Positions 39,644 to 52,473 of a DNA stretch of 64,000 nucleotides are shown here, piece by piece. The stretch covers positions 832,001-896,000 of the forward strand of contig CBDBKE010000004.1 in assembly GCA_965206645.1 (NCBI GenBank), written 5' to 3'. How positions within the stretch are numbered: the stretch's first letter is position 1; every line of letters starts with the position of its first letter. The translations under genes and the position numbers were made by a program. A model generated the notes under the pieces. The model saw only the letters and a list, made by a program, of their open reading frames with translations. It was not told the DNA's origin and ran no database searches. The stretch comes from Terriglobia bacterium. GTDB lineage: Bacteria; Acidobacteriota; Terriglobia; JAJPHL01; JAPKYU01.

Positions 39644-41236
39644 ATGAGCTGGCTTCTGGTTACAGTCTTGTTTCTGCCGGCGGCTGCCGCGCTGGTCCTG
39701 CTGGCCGTGCCCGACCGTGAAAAGGAACTGGTGCGCCGGCTGGCCCTCGGCGCCGCGCTGCTCACCTTCTTGCTTTCGCTGCCCTTGGCCGCTCAGTTTC
39801 CCGCGGGCGCCGACGACTGGCTGTTTGAGGTGAACCGCTCCTGGATCGCTTCGCCGCCCATCCGCTTCCACATCGCATTGGACGGCCTCAGCCTCTGGCT
39901 GGTGCTGCTGGTCACCTTCCTCATCCCAATCTCCATGCTGGCTTCCTGGCGCTCGATCCAGTCGCGGGTAAAGGAGTTCTTCTTCCTGCTGTTGCTGCTG
40001 GAGACGGGCATGATCGGGGTGTTTGCCTCCCTGGACCTGTTTCTGTTCTACGTCTTCTGGGAAGTCTCACTGGTGCCCATGTACTTCATCATCGGGGTGT
40101 GGGGCCACGAGCGGCGGGTTTACGCGGCGGTGAAATTCTTCCTGTTCACCTTCGCCGGCTCGGTGCTGATGCTGGTGGCCATCATCTGGTTGTACAACGC
40201 AACCGGCACTTTTGATCTCCCGACGATTCTAGACGGGATGCAGGAGGGCGAGTTTCTCTTGCAGGGCTCGCAGCAGGTCTGGCTGTTCCTGGCGTTTTTC
40301 CTGGCCTTCGCCATCAAGGTGCCGCTGTTTCCGCTGCACACGTGGCTACCCGACGCGCACGTGGAAGCGCCCACGGCCGGGTCGGTGATTCTGGCCGGGG
40401 TGCTGCTGAAGATGGGCACCTACGGGCTGGCGCGTTTCTGCCTGCCGCTGTTCCCGGAAGCCTCACGCGCGCTCGCTATGCCCATTGTTGTTCTAGCGCT
40501 GATCGGCATCATCTACGGCGCGCTGGTGGCCATGGTACAGCCCGACCTGAAGAAGTTGGTGGCCTATAGTTCGGTGAGCCACCTGGGATTTGTGGTGTTA
40601 GGCATTTTCTCCTTCAACCAACAGGCGCTGGATGGCGCTGTTTACCAGATGCTGAACCATGGCGTCTCGACCGGCGCTCTGTTCTTGCTGGCGGGCATGC
40701 TCTACGACCGGCGCCACACGCACCTGATCAGCGAGTTTGGGGGCCTAGCCACGCCCCTCCCGGTGCTCTCCAGCTTCTTCCTGTTCACCACGCTGTCCAG
40801 CATCGGCCTGCCGATGCTGAACAACTTTGTCGGCGAGTTCCTGGTGCTATTGGGCGCCTACCAGGCGCGTCCGCTTTACGCTTACGTGGCCGCCGTTGGG
40901 GTCATTCTGGCGGCCGCTTACATGTTGTGGATGTACCAGCGGGTCTTCTTTGGCGAGGTCACCGTGGAAGCTAACCGGACGCTGCCGGACGCCAGGCTGC
41001 GTGAGAAATTCGTCCTGGTGCCAGCTTTGGCATTGATGCTGTGGATGGGGATCGCTTCGCCGATGTTCATGAACAAGATGGATGGCGCTACCAAGCGGAT
41101 TCTGAAAGAAGCCGATGCAGGGCGTCACCACGTTTTATTGATTGATTCATTGCCGATTGAGCCGGCAGTTGCGCCAGCGGTTGAGCAAGCGGTTGAGCCC
41201 GCAGTTGAGACCGCAGTTGAGACATTGAAGCGCTGA
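39644..41236 (+). CDS. nuoM: NADH-quinone oxidoreductase subunit M
   Basis: IKVPLFPLHTWLPDAHVEAPT, AYSSVSH. Confidence 0.95.
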   Translation: MSWLLVTVLFLPAAAALVLLAVPDREKELVRRLALGAALLTFLLSLPLAAQFPAGADDWLFEVNRSWIASPPIRFHIALDGLSLWLVLLVTFLIPISMLASWRSIQSRVKEFFFLLLLLETGMIGVFASLDLFLFYVFWEVSLVPMYFIIGVWGHERRVYAAVKFFLFTFAGSVLMLVAIIWLYNATGTFDLPTILDGMQEGEFLLQGSQQVWLFLAFFLAFAIKVPLFPLHTWLPDAHVEAPTAGSVILAGVLLKMGTYGLARFCLPLFPEASRALAMPIVVLALIGIIYGALVAMVQPDLKKLVAYSSVSHLGFVVLGIFSFNQQALDGAVYQMLNHGVSTGALFLLAGMLYDRRHTHLISEFGGLATPLPVLSSFFLFTTLSSIGLPMLNNFVGEFLVLLGAYQARPLYAYVAAVGVILAAAYMLWMYQRVFFGEVTVEANRTLPDARLREKFVLVPALALMLWMGIASPMFMNKMDGATKRILKEADAGRHHVLLIDSLPIEPAVAPAVEQAVEPAVETAVETLKR

Positions 41237-41238
41237 AC

Positions 41239-42669
41239 ATGGACTACGGCCTCCAACTCCTCCGCCTGCTGCCCGAAGCCGTTCTGGCGGTGTTCGGCAT
41301 CGCCATCATGCTGGCCGAGCCGTTTGTGCAGCAGAAGCGCAAGCTAGGCTATCTGGCCGTGGTCGGGCTGCTGGTGGCGCTGGTCGGAGCAGTCGTACAG
41401 ACGGGCTATTTGGGGCCGGCCTTCAGCGATCAGATCGTCAACGACTGGTTCGCCATCTTCTTCCGCGTCCTGTTCATCCTGATCGGCATTCTGGTGGTCT
41501 TCTCCTCCTTCCAGTACCTGGAGCGCGACGCCATCCACCACGGCGAATATTACGCGCTGGTGCTGCTCTCGATTGTCGGCCAGTGCCTGATGGCAGCCTC
41601 GGTGGAGCTGATCACGATCTTTCTGGGACTGGAGATTTCCTCCATCGCCACCTACATCCTGGCCGGATTCCGCCCCGGCGAGGCCAAGTCCAGCGAGGCT
41701 GCGCTGAAATATTTCCTGCTGGGCTCGTTTGCCACCGCCTTCCTGCTGTACGGCATCGCGCTGATTTTCGGCGCCACCGGCACCACTTACCTGACAGGCA
41801 TCCGCGCGTCACTGGAGAGCCAGGGCGCGGGCCTGCTGGTAGCCGTAGCGGCGGCGCTCATGTTCGTCGGCTTCGGGTTCAAGGTGGCCAGCGCTCCGTT
41901 CCACATCTGGACCCCGGACGTGTACGAAGGCTCGCCTACTCCGGTCACCGCCTTCATGTCAGCCGGCCCGAAGGCCGCCGCCTTCGCCGTGTTCCTGCGC
42001 GTGTTCCTGACGGCGCTGGAGCCGGCCGGGGGTTGGTTCTGGCTGTTGTGGATCTCGGCCGGGCTCTCCATGTTCGTGGGCAACCTGGCGGCGCTGGTGC
42101 AGAGCAACATCAAGCGGATGCTGGCCTACTCCTCAATTGCCCACGCCGGCTACATGCTGGTGGCCTTCGCCGCGCGCTCGGAGCTGGGGGTGGCCGCGGT
42201 CCTGTTCTACCTGGCCGCCTACTGCGCCATGAACCTGGGCGCCTTCGCGGTGGTGAGCCATTTCGGCAGCGAGCGCGAGCGCTACACCACCATCGACGAC
42301 TACACGGGGCTGGCCCACCGCCATCCGGCGCTGGCTGCGGTGCTCACCATTTTTCTGCTGTCGCTGATTGGCATCCCGCTGACCGGCGGCTTCTTCGGCA
42401 AGTTCTACATCTTCCGCGCCGCTCTCAATGCTGATCTGGTGGGGCTCACCGTTTTGGGCGTGCTCAACAGCGCCATTGCCTCCTACTACTACCTGCGGGT
42501 GGTGGTGGTGATGTACATGCGCGAGCCGGTCACCGAGGCTCCGGTCGAGCGAGTGCCTGGCAGCATCCGCTTCGTGCTGGGCTTGACCGCGGCGGCGACT
42601 TTTTATCTGGGCATCTTCCCCGGCATGGTCTTGCAGTTCGCCCGTCGCTCAGCCGAGATGCTGCGCTAG
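41239..42669 (+). CDS. nuoN: NADH-quinone oxidoreductase subunit N
   Basis: EAALKYFLLG, PFHIWTPDVYEG, KRMLAYSSIAH. Confidence 0.95.
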   Translation: MDYGLQLLRLLPEAVLAVFGIAIMLAEPFVQQKRKLGYLAVVGLLVALVGAVVQTGYLGPAFSDQIVNDWFAIFFRVLFILIGILVVFSSFQYLERDAIHHGEYYALVLLSIVGQCLMAASVELITIFLGLEISSIATYILAGFRPGEAKSSEAALKYFLLGSFATAFLLYGIALIFGATGTTYLTGIRASLESQGAGLLVAVAAALMFVGFGFKVASAPFHIWTPDVYEGSPTPVTAFMSAGPKAAAFAVFLRVFLTALEPAGGWFWLLWISAGLSMFVGNLAALVQSNIKRMLAYSSIAHAGYMLVAFAARSELGVAAVLFYLAAYCAMNLGAFAVVSHFGSERERYTTIDDYTGLAHRHPALAAVLTIFLLSLIGIPLTGGFFGKFYIFRAALNADLVGLTVLGVLNSAIASYYYLRVVVVMYMREPVTEAPVERVPGSIRFVLGLTAAATFYLGIFPGMVLQFARRSAEMLR

Positions 42670-42894
42670 TCATTCCTCCGGCATCCCGGCTTCACTGTGG
42701 AAAGGAAGTTGCTCTAGGGAGCACTGCCTGGGAGTACTGCTAGCCCCTTCGTACCATTGACGGAACTGGCCCGGCAGTGATAAAAGTATTTCTGTAACAA
42801 GGCCTGGGTAGCACCGACATCGACAAGAATGCGGATTCTGGATAGAATCGGCAACACGCGACAGCTCCCCCCCAGAACTGGAGACAGCATCGTC

Positions 42895-44855
42895 ATGAAG
42901 AAGGCCACGCTTAGGCTCTCGGCAGTGCTCGTCATGGCCCTACTGTTGGGCCTGCCAGCTACGACCGTTGCGCAGGGAGGGCCGGACGCCAGCGGCTTCC
43001 GGGCTCTGAGCGGACAGAAAGCCGCCACTTTTTCCGTGCCCGGCGACATGCAATTGGTAAAGACGTTCCACCTGCTAATGGCCAAGTTCTAAAGAAATAT
43101 GATGGGATCACCAATGACCATGCTATCGGCGTCAAGGGTGACATCAAGGACATCAACGGTGACGACGTGGACCCCGCCGACGACCTGACGACCTTCCACG
43201 CAACATCGGGTCACGGGGCGTCGGGGGCCCACTGGGACCTCTTCTCGGACGACACCGGCAATCGCCAGAAAACCTACGACTACCGCAATAGGGACCCCAA
43301 TATCTACTACGTCACCGACGGGGACAACCACTGGACCCGCGTAACCAATAACCGGAGATCACCCGGCCACCCCGCCCTGATCGACGCCCAGTACTACGCC
43401 AAGGTGACCGACGATTACTTACTTGGCCTTGGGTTAGATTGGATTGCAGACTGCGGTTACCCGGCGATCGAGTCGGTTGCCCATCTCTCCCGCTATTCTC
43501 TCACCTATGAGCGTTATCAGCAGGTCTTCGGAGCAGGAGGAGCTGAGGTCTTAGGTGGGCAGGTTACGCTGTACAGGGATAACGGCGGCAACATCACCAC
43601 GGTGATCGGCGCTCACTATCCCAACATCGTTCCCACCAGCGCAGTAGGCCTCACGCAAGCCAGCGCCCGGAGAGTCGTGGATCGCGACCTCGGGCCTGGG
43701 GGGCAGCATTACAAGAGGAATTACAACAACGCGCATTGAACCGGAGCCTTCCTCCTCTACGGTGACGGGGATGGCACGATATTCCGGGAGCTAAGCGGTG
43801 GACTCGACGTGGTGGCCCACGAGGCCACGCACGGAGTAACTGACTGTACCTCTGGCCTGATCTACCTGAATGAGTCGGGCGCTCTAAACGAGTCGTTCTC
43901 CGATATTATCGGCAACAGCGCCGAGTTCTACGCCCAAGCGAACGGGCTGGATCCCACCGTATTCGCGGACGGGTTGGTCGGGGAGGACATCTACCTTCCC
44001 GCGGACAGCGCTGCTGGCGACCGCAACATGGCTGACCCGGAGGAAGACGGGGATCCTGACCACTATAGCGAGCGCCAGGTTGGCGGCGGTGACAACGGGG
44101 GTGTACACACCAACAGCGGTATCCCCAACCACGCCTACTACTTGCTGGTGAACGGCGGACTCAATGCCAGTTGTGGCGGCAGTCCCGGGCCCCACAACTC
44201 GGCTCATTGCACTGGCGTTGGGCTCACGGAGGTTACGGCCATTGCTCTGGCGGACGCCGAGCAGATTTTCTTCCTGGCATTCATGGGATTGTCCTCGAAC
44301 GCTACTATGGCAAATGCCCGCACCGCCACCGAAGAAGTAGCTGCCCCGCTCGGCGCCACGCAGTTGCAGTCCACCACCGATGCCTGGGTTGCAGTCGGCG
44401 TGGGCCCGACCTCGCCTGTCACTGACATCGCCATCACTTCGGTGAGCGCACCCAGCTCGGCAGTCCAAGGGAATGTTGTCGACGTAGACGTCACGGTAAC
44501 CAACGTCGGTAACCAGAATGTGACCGACCTTACCACCGTCTCGCTAACCGAATCGCCCAATGGATATCTTTTCACAACCCAGGGTATTGGTGGTTTGACG
44601 GCGGGCGCTTCTGCGATAAAGACCTTTAGCTGGAATACCACCGGCGCCAGCTTGGGAGATCACACTCTGACGGCGACCCAGGACTTCGATGTAACTAATG
44701 ACTCAAATAGCACTATGGTCATGGTGAACGAACCCGGCGGCACCTGCGTTAACCCTGGGAAGGCGCCAGCCGGCGACCCCTGTAGTGTAGACGCCGACTG
44801 CTGTTCGGACAAGTGCAAGGGGGGCAAGAATAAGACCTGTAAGGGGGAGTTTTAG
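42895..44855 (+). pseudogene. M4 (thermolysin-like) metallopeptidase, internally rearranged, with TGA at a conserved Trp
   Basis: Signal peptide; propeptide pieces out of order; [38 protein letters not shown]; CARDB-like domain and Cys-rich tail. Confidence 0.88.
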
Positions 44856-44867
44856 GTAATTCCTTAC

Positions 44868-44910
44868 CGGGCCCGAGAGAACGCCTCACGTGGCGTCCTC
44901 TCGCGGCCCG
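44868..44910. terminator. Hairpin between the convergent peptidase and nrdR genes
   Basis: CGGGCC-CGAGAG-a-ACGCC stem pairs with GGCGT-c-CTCTCG-c-GGCCCG. Confidence 0.55.
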
Positions 44911-44959
44911 CTTCCATTTGTAGCTAACTAGGGAGCGCGGTGGGAAACAGCCAGGACTT

Positions 44960-45415
44960 CTATTTGGTCTTCAGCAGATCTTTCAGTTCGGTCATGAATT
45001 CGCGAATGTCCTTGAAGTCCAGGTAGACGGAAGCGAAGCGGACGTAAGCCACCTTGTCGAGCTTCTTGAGGCGATCCATCAGCAGCTCGCCGATTTCTGA
45101 GGTGGAGCGCTCCCGGTCGGGCGATTCGATGACCAGCGCTTCCGCTTCGTTGACGATGTTCTCCAGCTTGCTCATGCTGACCGGGCGCTTCTCCGAGGCT
45201 CGCAGTAGGGCGGCCAGCACCTTCTGCCGGTCAAACTTCTCCCGGCGCCCGTCCTTCTTCACCACCATGTAGGGGATTTCGTCAATGCGCTCGTAGGTGG
45301 TGAAGCGGCGCTGGCACTGGAGACACTCACGGCGGCGGCGGATGGCTTCGCCCTCCTTGCTTTCGCGCGAATCCACCACCTTGTCTTCCAGGTACCCACA
45401 AAACGGACATTTCAT
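44960..45415 (-). CDS. nrdR: Transcriptional repressor NrdR
   Basis: MKCPFC...VVDSR...[24 protein letters not shown]. Confidence 0.96.
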   Translation of the reverse strand: MKCPFCGYLEDKVVDSRESKEGEAIRRRRECLQCQRRFTTYERIDEIPYMVVKKDGRREKFDRQKVLAALLRASEKRPVSMSKLENIVNEAEALVIESPDRERSTSEIGELLMDRLKKLDKVAYVRFASVYLDFKDIREFMTELKDLLKTK

Positions 45416-45575
45416 AGCAGCGTGGAGTGCCAGACTTGCGGCGCGGCCGGACTTGCGACGCGGAAAGTGCAGCAACCGTTTCGCACACTGCAACCCCGCT
45501 TCGGCCGCGCAGCAGTATAACAGGGGCTGCGGCCGAGTCGTCAGGGAAAGGCAAAGGGGGAAACAAATCCGCCGG

Positions 45576-45627
45576 CACCCTGGATCACCCTGGGGCACCG
45601 TGGGGCACGCTGGGGCACTCTGGATCA
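45576..45627. repeat. Five tandem 10-bp repeats CAC-NN-TGG(GG/AT)
   Basis: caccctggat caccctgggg caccgtgggg cacgctgggg cactctggat. Confidence 0.9.
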
Positions 45628-45649
45628 GTGGAGGGGGCGCGGGAATCCG

Positions 45650-46699
45650 CTACTCGGCGGCCGTCAGCAAGCGCAGCTTGCGCCAGCTCAGTCCCTCGCG
45701 AATCGAGAAGATCAAGGCCGGCGGAACTACGGCGACGAAGGTCAACAACCAGAGGACGAGAGCGGCGCTGGTGGCCACCTCGGGGCGGACCTGGAACAAT
45801 TCGGTCAGAGCGATGATGGTAAACACCTGAGTGCCACCGCCGATTCCGGGAACCTGCAGCATCGAGCCGGCGATGGCGAAGCCCATCACCAGTACCGCAG
45901 CAGAAAAACTGAGCTCGGAGAGCGGAGGCCCAAACGCCCTCAGCGTAATGAAGTAGCCCACCGAAACGAACATCCACACCAGCGTGGTGTAGAGCAGTCC
46001 CATGAAAAAGGCGCGGCTGCTGCGCAGGCTGGAGAGCCCCTGTCCGAACTGTTCCAACATCTCCCGCATCTTCCCCAGCAGGCGCGGCGGCAGGAAGCCG
46101 ATCAACCCCAGCAGCCGCGGCACCCAGCTTTGCCAGTAAAGCCGGAACAGCAGCAGGCCCGCAATGCCGCACAGCGTCAGGCTCAGGATGGTAAGGCCGG
46201 CGGTGCGGATGTGCGGCAGAGCCTGGGTGCGACCCTGGCTGAACTCTTCGCCCCACACAGAAAAATAGCTAACGCCGCCCACAATCACGATGATCATGGA
46301 CAGGTCGTAGACGCGCTCCAGGACCCAGACCGCCATCTGCGTGCTCACCGGAATGTCTTCTTTGCGCGAGATCAGGTAGGGGCGCACCAGCTCGCCGGGT
46401 CGACCCAGCAGGGCCAACCCGCCAAAGCCGATGATGGTGGCCGTCAGCAGGTTGGATACCGAAGTAGGCTTAATCGGCAGCAGGAATTCCCGCCAGCGCA
46501 AGGAGCGCAGCAGGTAGGTGGAGTACACCAAGGTTAGGGCGACAAGCAGAATCCGGTAATCCAGCCGGCCGAGAGTAGCCTGAAATTGCGCCAGGTCGAA
46601 ACTCTGCCACTCCGGGTTGGTGCGTACCCTGTAGACGATGTACGCCACCAGTCCTACAAACAGCAGGCTGGACACCAAGCACCTGAACTTCTTCCCCAT
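45650..46699 (-). CDS. Lysylphosphatidylglycerol synthase TM (flippase-like) domain protein
   Basis: LRSLRWR, RPGELVRP, ERVYD, PGIGGG; multiple TM segments. Confidence 0.85.
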   Translation of the reverse strand: MGKKFRCLVSSLLFVGLVAYIVYRVRTNPEWQSFDLAQFQATLGRLDYRILLVALTLVYSTYLLRSLRWREFLLPIKPTSVSNLLTATIIGFGGLALLGRPGELVRPYLISRKEDIPVSTQMAVWVLERVYDLSMIIVIVGGVSYFSVWGEEFSQGRTQALPHIRTAGLTILSLTLCGIAGLLLFRLYWQSWVPRLLGLIGFLPPRLLGKMREMLEQFGQGLSSLRSSRAFFMGLLYTTLVWMFVSVGYFITLRAFGPPLSELSFSAAVLVMGFAIAGSMLQVPGIGGGTQVFTIIALTELFQVRPEVATSAALVLWLLTFVAVVPPALIFSIREGLSWRKLRLLTAAE

Positions 46700-46859
46700 C
46701 GGCCCTTCTACTCATGGTGACTCAATCGCCAAGCAGAGTCAACGCCAGCCTCTCCCCGAATTCCCTTCCCCGTCACCCCGAGGGCCTGCCAGTCGAACAG
46801 CACGTCGAACAGGACGTGCGCGGGAATACCACGTCTATGGAGCAGCTCTCCAGGCGACC

Positions 46860-48164
46860 TCACCGCTCGGCAACGCGGTCCAGTACGTCGTAAAACCCTG
46901 GGAAGGAAACTTGGGCCGTGTCAGCACCTTCGAGCGACGTTTCGCCCTCGGCCATCAGCGCTGCCACGGCAAACGCCATGGCGATGCGATGGTCGCCAAA
47001 CGAGTCAAGGCGCGCGCCGTGTAGCCGCTGGCCTCCCGGAATCTCCAGCCCGTCGGGCCGCTCCTCAACGTGCGCCCCCATGCGGCGCAGATTCTCGGCC
47101 ACCGTGGCGATGCGGTCGCTCTCCTTCACCCGCAACTCCTGGGCGCCGGAGATCGAGAGCCCCTGCTCCGTCTGGGTGCCCAGCACCGCCAGTACGGGCA
47201 GCTCGTCAATCAAGGCGGGCACCAGGTCCGGGCCGATTCGCCCTCCTTTCAAACGCCCACCGGAAACGTGCAGGTCCCCCACTATCTCTCCCGCAAGGCT
47301 TTCCACGCGGCTGATCCGGATCGCGGCGCCCAGGCCCGAGAGGAAGTCCAGCACGGCGGCTCGGGTGGGGTTCAGACCGACATTTTCCACCAACAGGTTT
47401 GACTCCGGGAACAGCAGCGCCGCCACCAGGAAGAAGGCAGCCGAGGAGATGTCACCCGGCACCTGGAATTCTCCTCCGCGGAGGGGATGCCCGCCCTCGA
47501 CTCGCACCGACCTGCGGCTGCGGTTAAGCTGGGCGCCGAACTCGACCAAGGCCAGCTCGGTGTGGTCGCGCGTCTTCACCGGCTCTTCCACCACCGTGGT
47601 TCCCTCAGCCGACAGGCCGGCCAGCAGAACGGCAGTCTTCACCTGCGCGCTGGCCACCGGCGGGTGGAAATGAATGGCGCGCAGCGGCCGACCGCGGAAT
47701 TCGAGCGGCGCGTAGTTATCCTCGGCGGCCGTCACGTCTGCACCCATCTGGCGCAGCGGGTCAATAAGGCGGCCCATAGGGCGGCGACGCAGCGACTCGT
47801 CGCCGCTAAGGGTGGAGGGGAAGTGCTGTCCCGCCAGGATGCCGCTCAGCATGCGGATGGTCGAGCCGGAGTTGCCGGCATCCATCATCCGTTGTGGCGC
47901 ACGCAGCCCGGCGAGGCCGGCGCCCTCGATGAGCACGGCACCGCTCTCAACGGCGATCTCCGCCCCCAACTCTCGCAGGCACCCGAGCGTGGAGGCGCAA
48001 TCGACAGCGCTGGAAAAATTGCGGATCGTTGTGCGTCCGTCGGCGATCGCCGCCAGAAGCGCATAGCGGTGCGAGATGGACTTGTCGCCAGGCAGCCGCA
48101 CCGTTCCCATAATGTTGAGGGCTGGCCGGAACATGCGAGAGGCAGGCGGGGCTGAGTTGGTCAC
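46860..48164 (-). CDS. aroA: EPSP synthase
   Basis: PGDKSISHR, GNSGST, SAQVK, ELRVKESDR, DHRIAM. Confidence 0.96.
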   Translation of the reverse strand: MTNSAPPASRMFRPALNIMGTVRLPGDKSISHRYALLAAIADGRTTIRNFSSAVDCASTLGCLRELGAEIAVESGAVLIEGAGLAGLRAPQRMMDAGNSGSTIRMLSGILAGQHFPSTLSGDESLRRRPMGRLIDPLRQMGADVTAAEDNYAPLEFRGRPLRAIHFHPPVASAQVKTAVLLAGLSAEGTTVVEEPVKTRDHTELALVEFGAQLNRSRRSVRVEGGHPLRGGEFQVPGDISSAAFFLVAALLFPESNLLVENVGLNPTRAAVLDFLSGLGAAIRISRVESLAGEIVGDLHVSGGRLKGGRIGPDLVPALIDELPVLAVLGTQTEQGLSISGAQELRVKESDRIATVAENLRRMGAHVEERPDGLEIPGGQRLHGARLDSFGDHRIAMAFAVAALMAEGETSLEGADTAQVSFPGFYDVLDRVAER

Positions 48165-48270
48165 GTTTGCGATCCAAACTTCGCTCGTCAGGTCTTGGCG
48201 GTGCCAGCCGACGGTTTCGCGCTGGGATTTCCACCAGCTAATTCATGCAAGCGAGGGCTTGCGGATGCGC

Positions 48271-48483
48271 TCAGAGCGCGGGGGTTCTTCGCTCGGAACT
48301 ATGGCGGCGGTCCATACCACCTCGCCTCTCTAGAAAGGCGAGGGCCCAGTGAGTGGCAGCGCGGCAACTAGGGCAGTATTTGGAAATGGGCTTCCTGTTC
48401 TGGGCGTCAGCCAGCTCCTGCTCGCCCAGCAGGAAAGGCTTGCGAGCACCGCAAGTCTCACAGTTCAGGATGCAGTTGGTCAT
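48271..48483 (-). CDS. 70-aa zinc-ribbon-like small protein with an ERR/DRR repeat tail
   Basis: CETC...CPSC, then ERRGGMDRRHSSERR. Confidence 0.6.
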   Translation of the reverse strand: MTNCILNCETCGARKPFLLGEQELADAQNRKPISKYCPSCRAATHWALAFLERRGGMDRRHSSERRTPAL

Positions 48484-48645
48484 GACGAGCCAATGGTAGC
48501 ACCCGGAGTCGCAGAAACAGTGGCCCAGAATGACAAATCTGCGCACGACCGCCGGAGCCCAGACGCAAAATCAGCTCGGGGGATCACTAAGAGGAGTTCT
48601 TAGAAAAGGGTAAGTGTGAAGATGCGGGTGAGGGAAAGATGGCAA

Positions 48646-49047
48646 GTTAGGCAAGCCGGCCTGTAAGCCGGATTCTGTGTCCCTTGCGGGCGGTGATCAT
48701 TCCTCTAGCCCCGCCATTGCTGGCGGGGTCAAGCGACCTACCCGAGAGTCCTCGGCCCGAAAGCCGAGGTTGGCGGGCCGGGCCGGCCCTCCTCTCCTAT
48801 TTGGTCTTGCTCCGCGTGGGGTTTACCCTGCCGTCCCGGTCACCCGGAACGCGGTGCGCTCTTACCGCACCTTTTCACCCTTACCCGCCGGGGAACGGCG
48901 GGCGGTATGTTTTCTGTGGCACTTGCCGTGAATCCCGCTTTGAGCGGAACCCCCTGGCCGTTAGCCAGCACGCTGCCCTCCGGAGTCCGGACTTTCCTCT
49001 GCTCGCCCGAAGGCGGGCAGCGATCACCCGGCCGGCTTGCCCAAACT
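48646..49047 (-). ncRNA. rnpB: RNase P RNA, type A
   Basis: GAGGAAAGTCCGGACTC, GGGTGAAAAGGTGCGGTAAGAGCGCAC, ACAGAATCCGGCTTA; terminal helix; TATAAT at 49051-49056 on the minus strand. Confidence 0.97.
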
Positions 49048-49132
49048 CTTATTATACCCCCTAGCAGGACTCTACGAAGTGGCTCCCTTGTCATTCCGAG
49101 CGAAGCAAGGAATCTGTTTTTAGCGGCAACAG

Positions 49133-52266
<3,134 letters not shown>

Positions 52267-52327
52267 GGCCCACTTGGCGCGCAGACTCGGCCTCGCCGAA
52301 ACTGTGTAACCACCGTGTGACCAACTA

Positions 52328-52356
52328 TGTAACCGGCGCGCCGGGCGGTACGTCTA
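52328..52356 (+). promoter_or_regulatory. Putative ECF sigma promoter
   Basis: TGTAAC-N17-CGTCTA. Confidence 0.45.
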
Positions 52357-52473
52357 AGTGTTGGCGGAGCGTGGGTGACAGCTGAGATAAAGTCGAGATA
52401 AAGCATTGATTCTATTCATTACGGTATAATGTTAGGAAGTGGGGCGGCAGTCGTTGGCCGGAAGGAGGCACCC

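Noticed and set aside
43737-43739. TGA read as Trp or Sec, or TAG reassigned genome-wide
   Set aside because: Core genes end normally at TGA (nuoF, nuoH, nuoK) and TAG (nuoD, nuoN), and the peptidase is independently broken.
45576-45627. CRISPR array
   Set aside because: 10-bp units with no unique spacers and no cas genes; no CRISPR was seen anywhere in the window.
46795-46810. LexA-type direct-repeat box GAAC...GAAC
   Set aside because: Spacing is N8, not the N7 of GTTC-N7-GTTC boxes, and the downstream gene is not an SOS gene.
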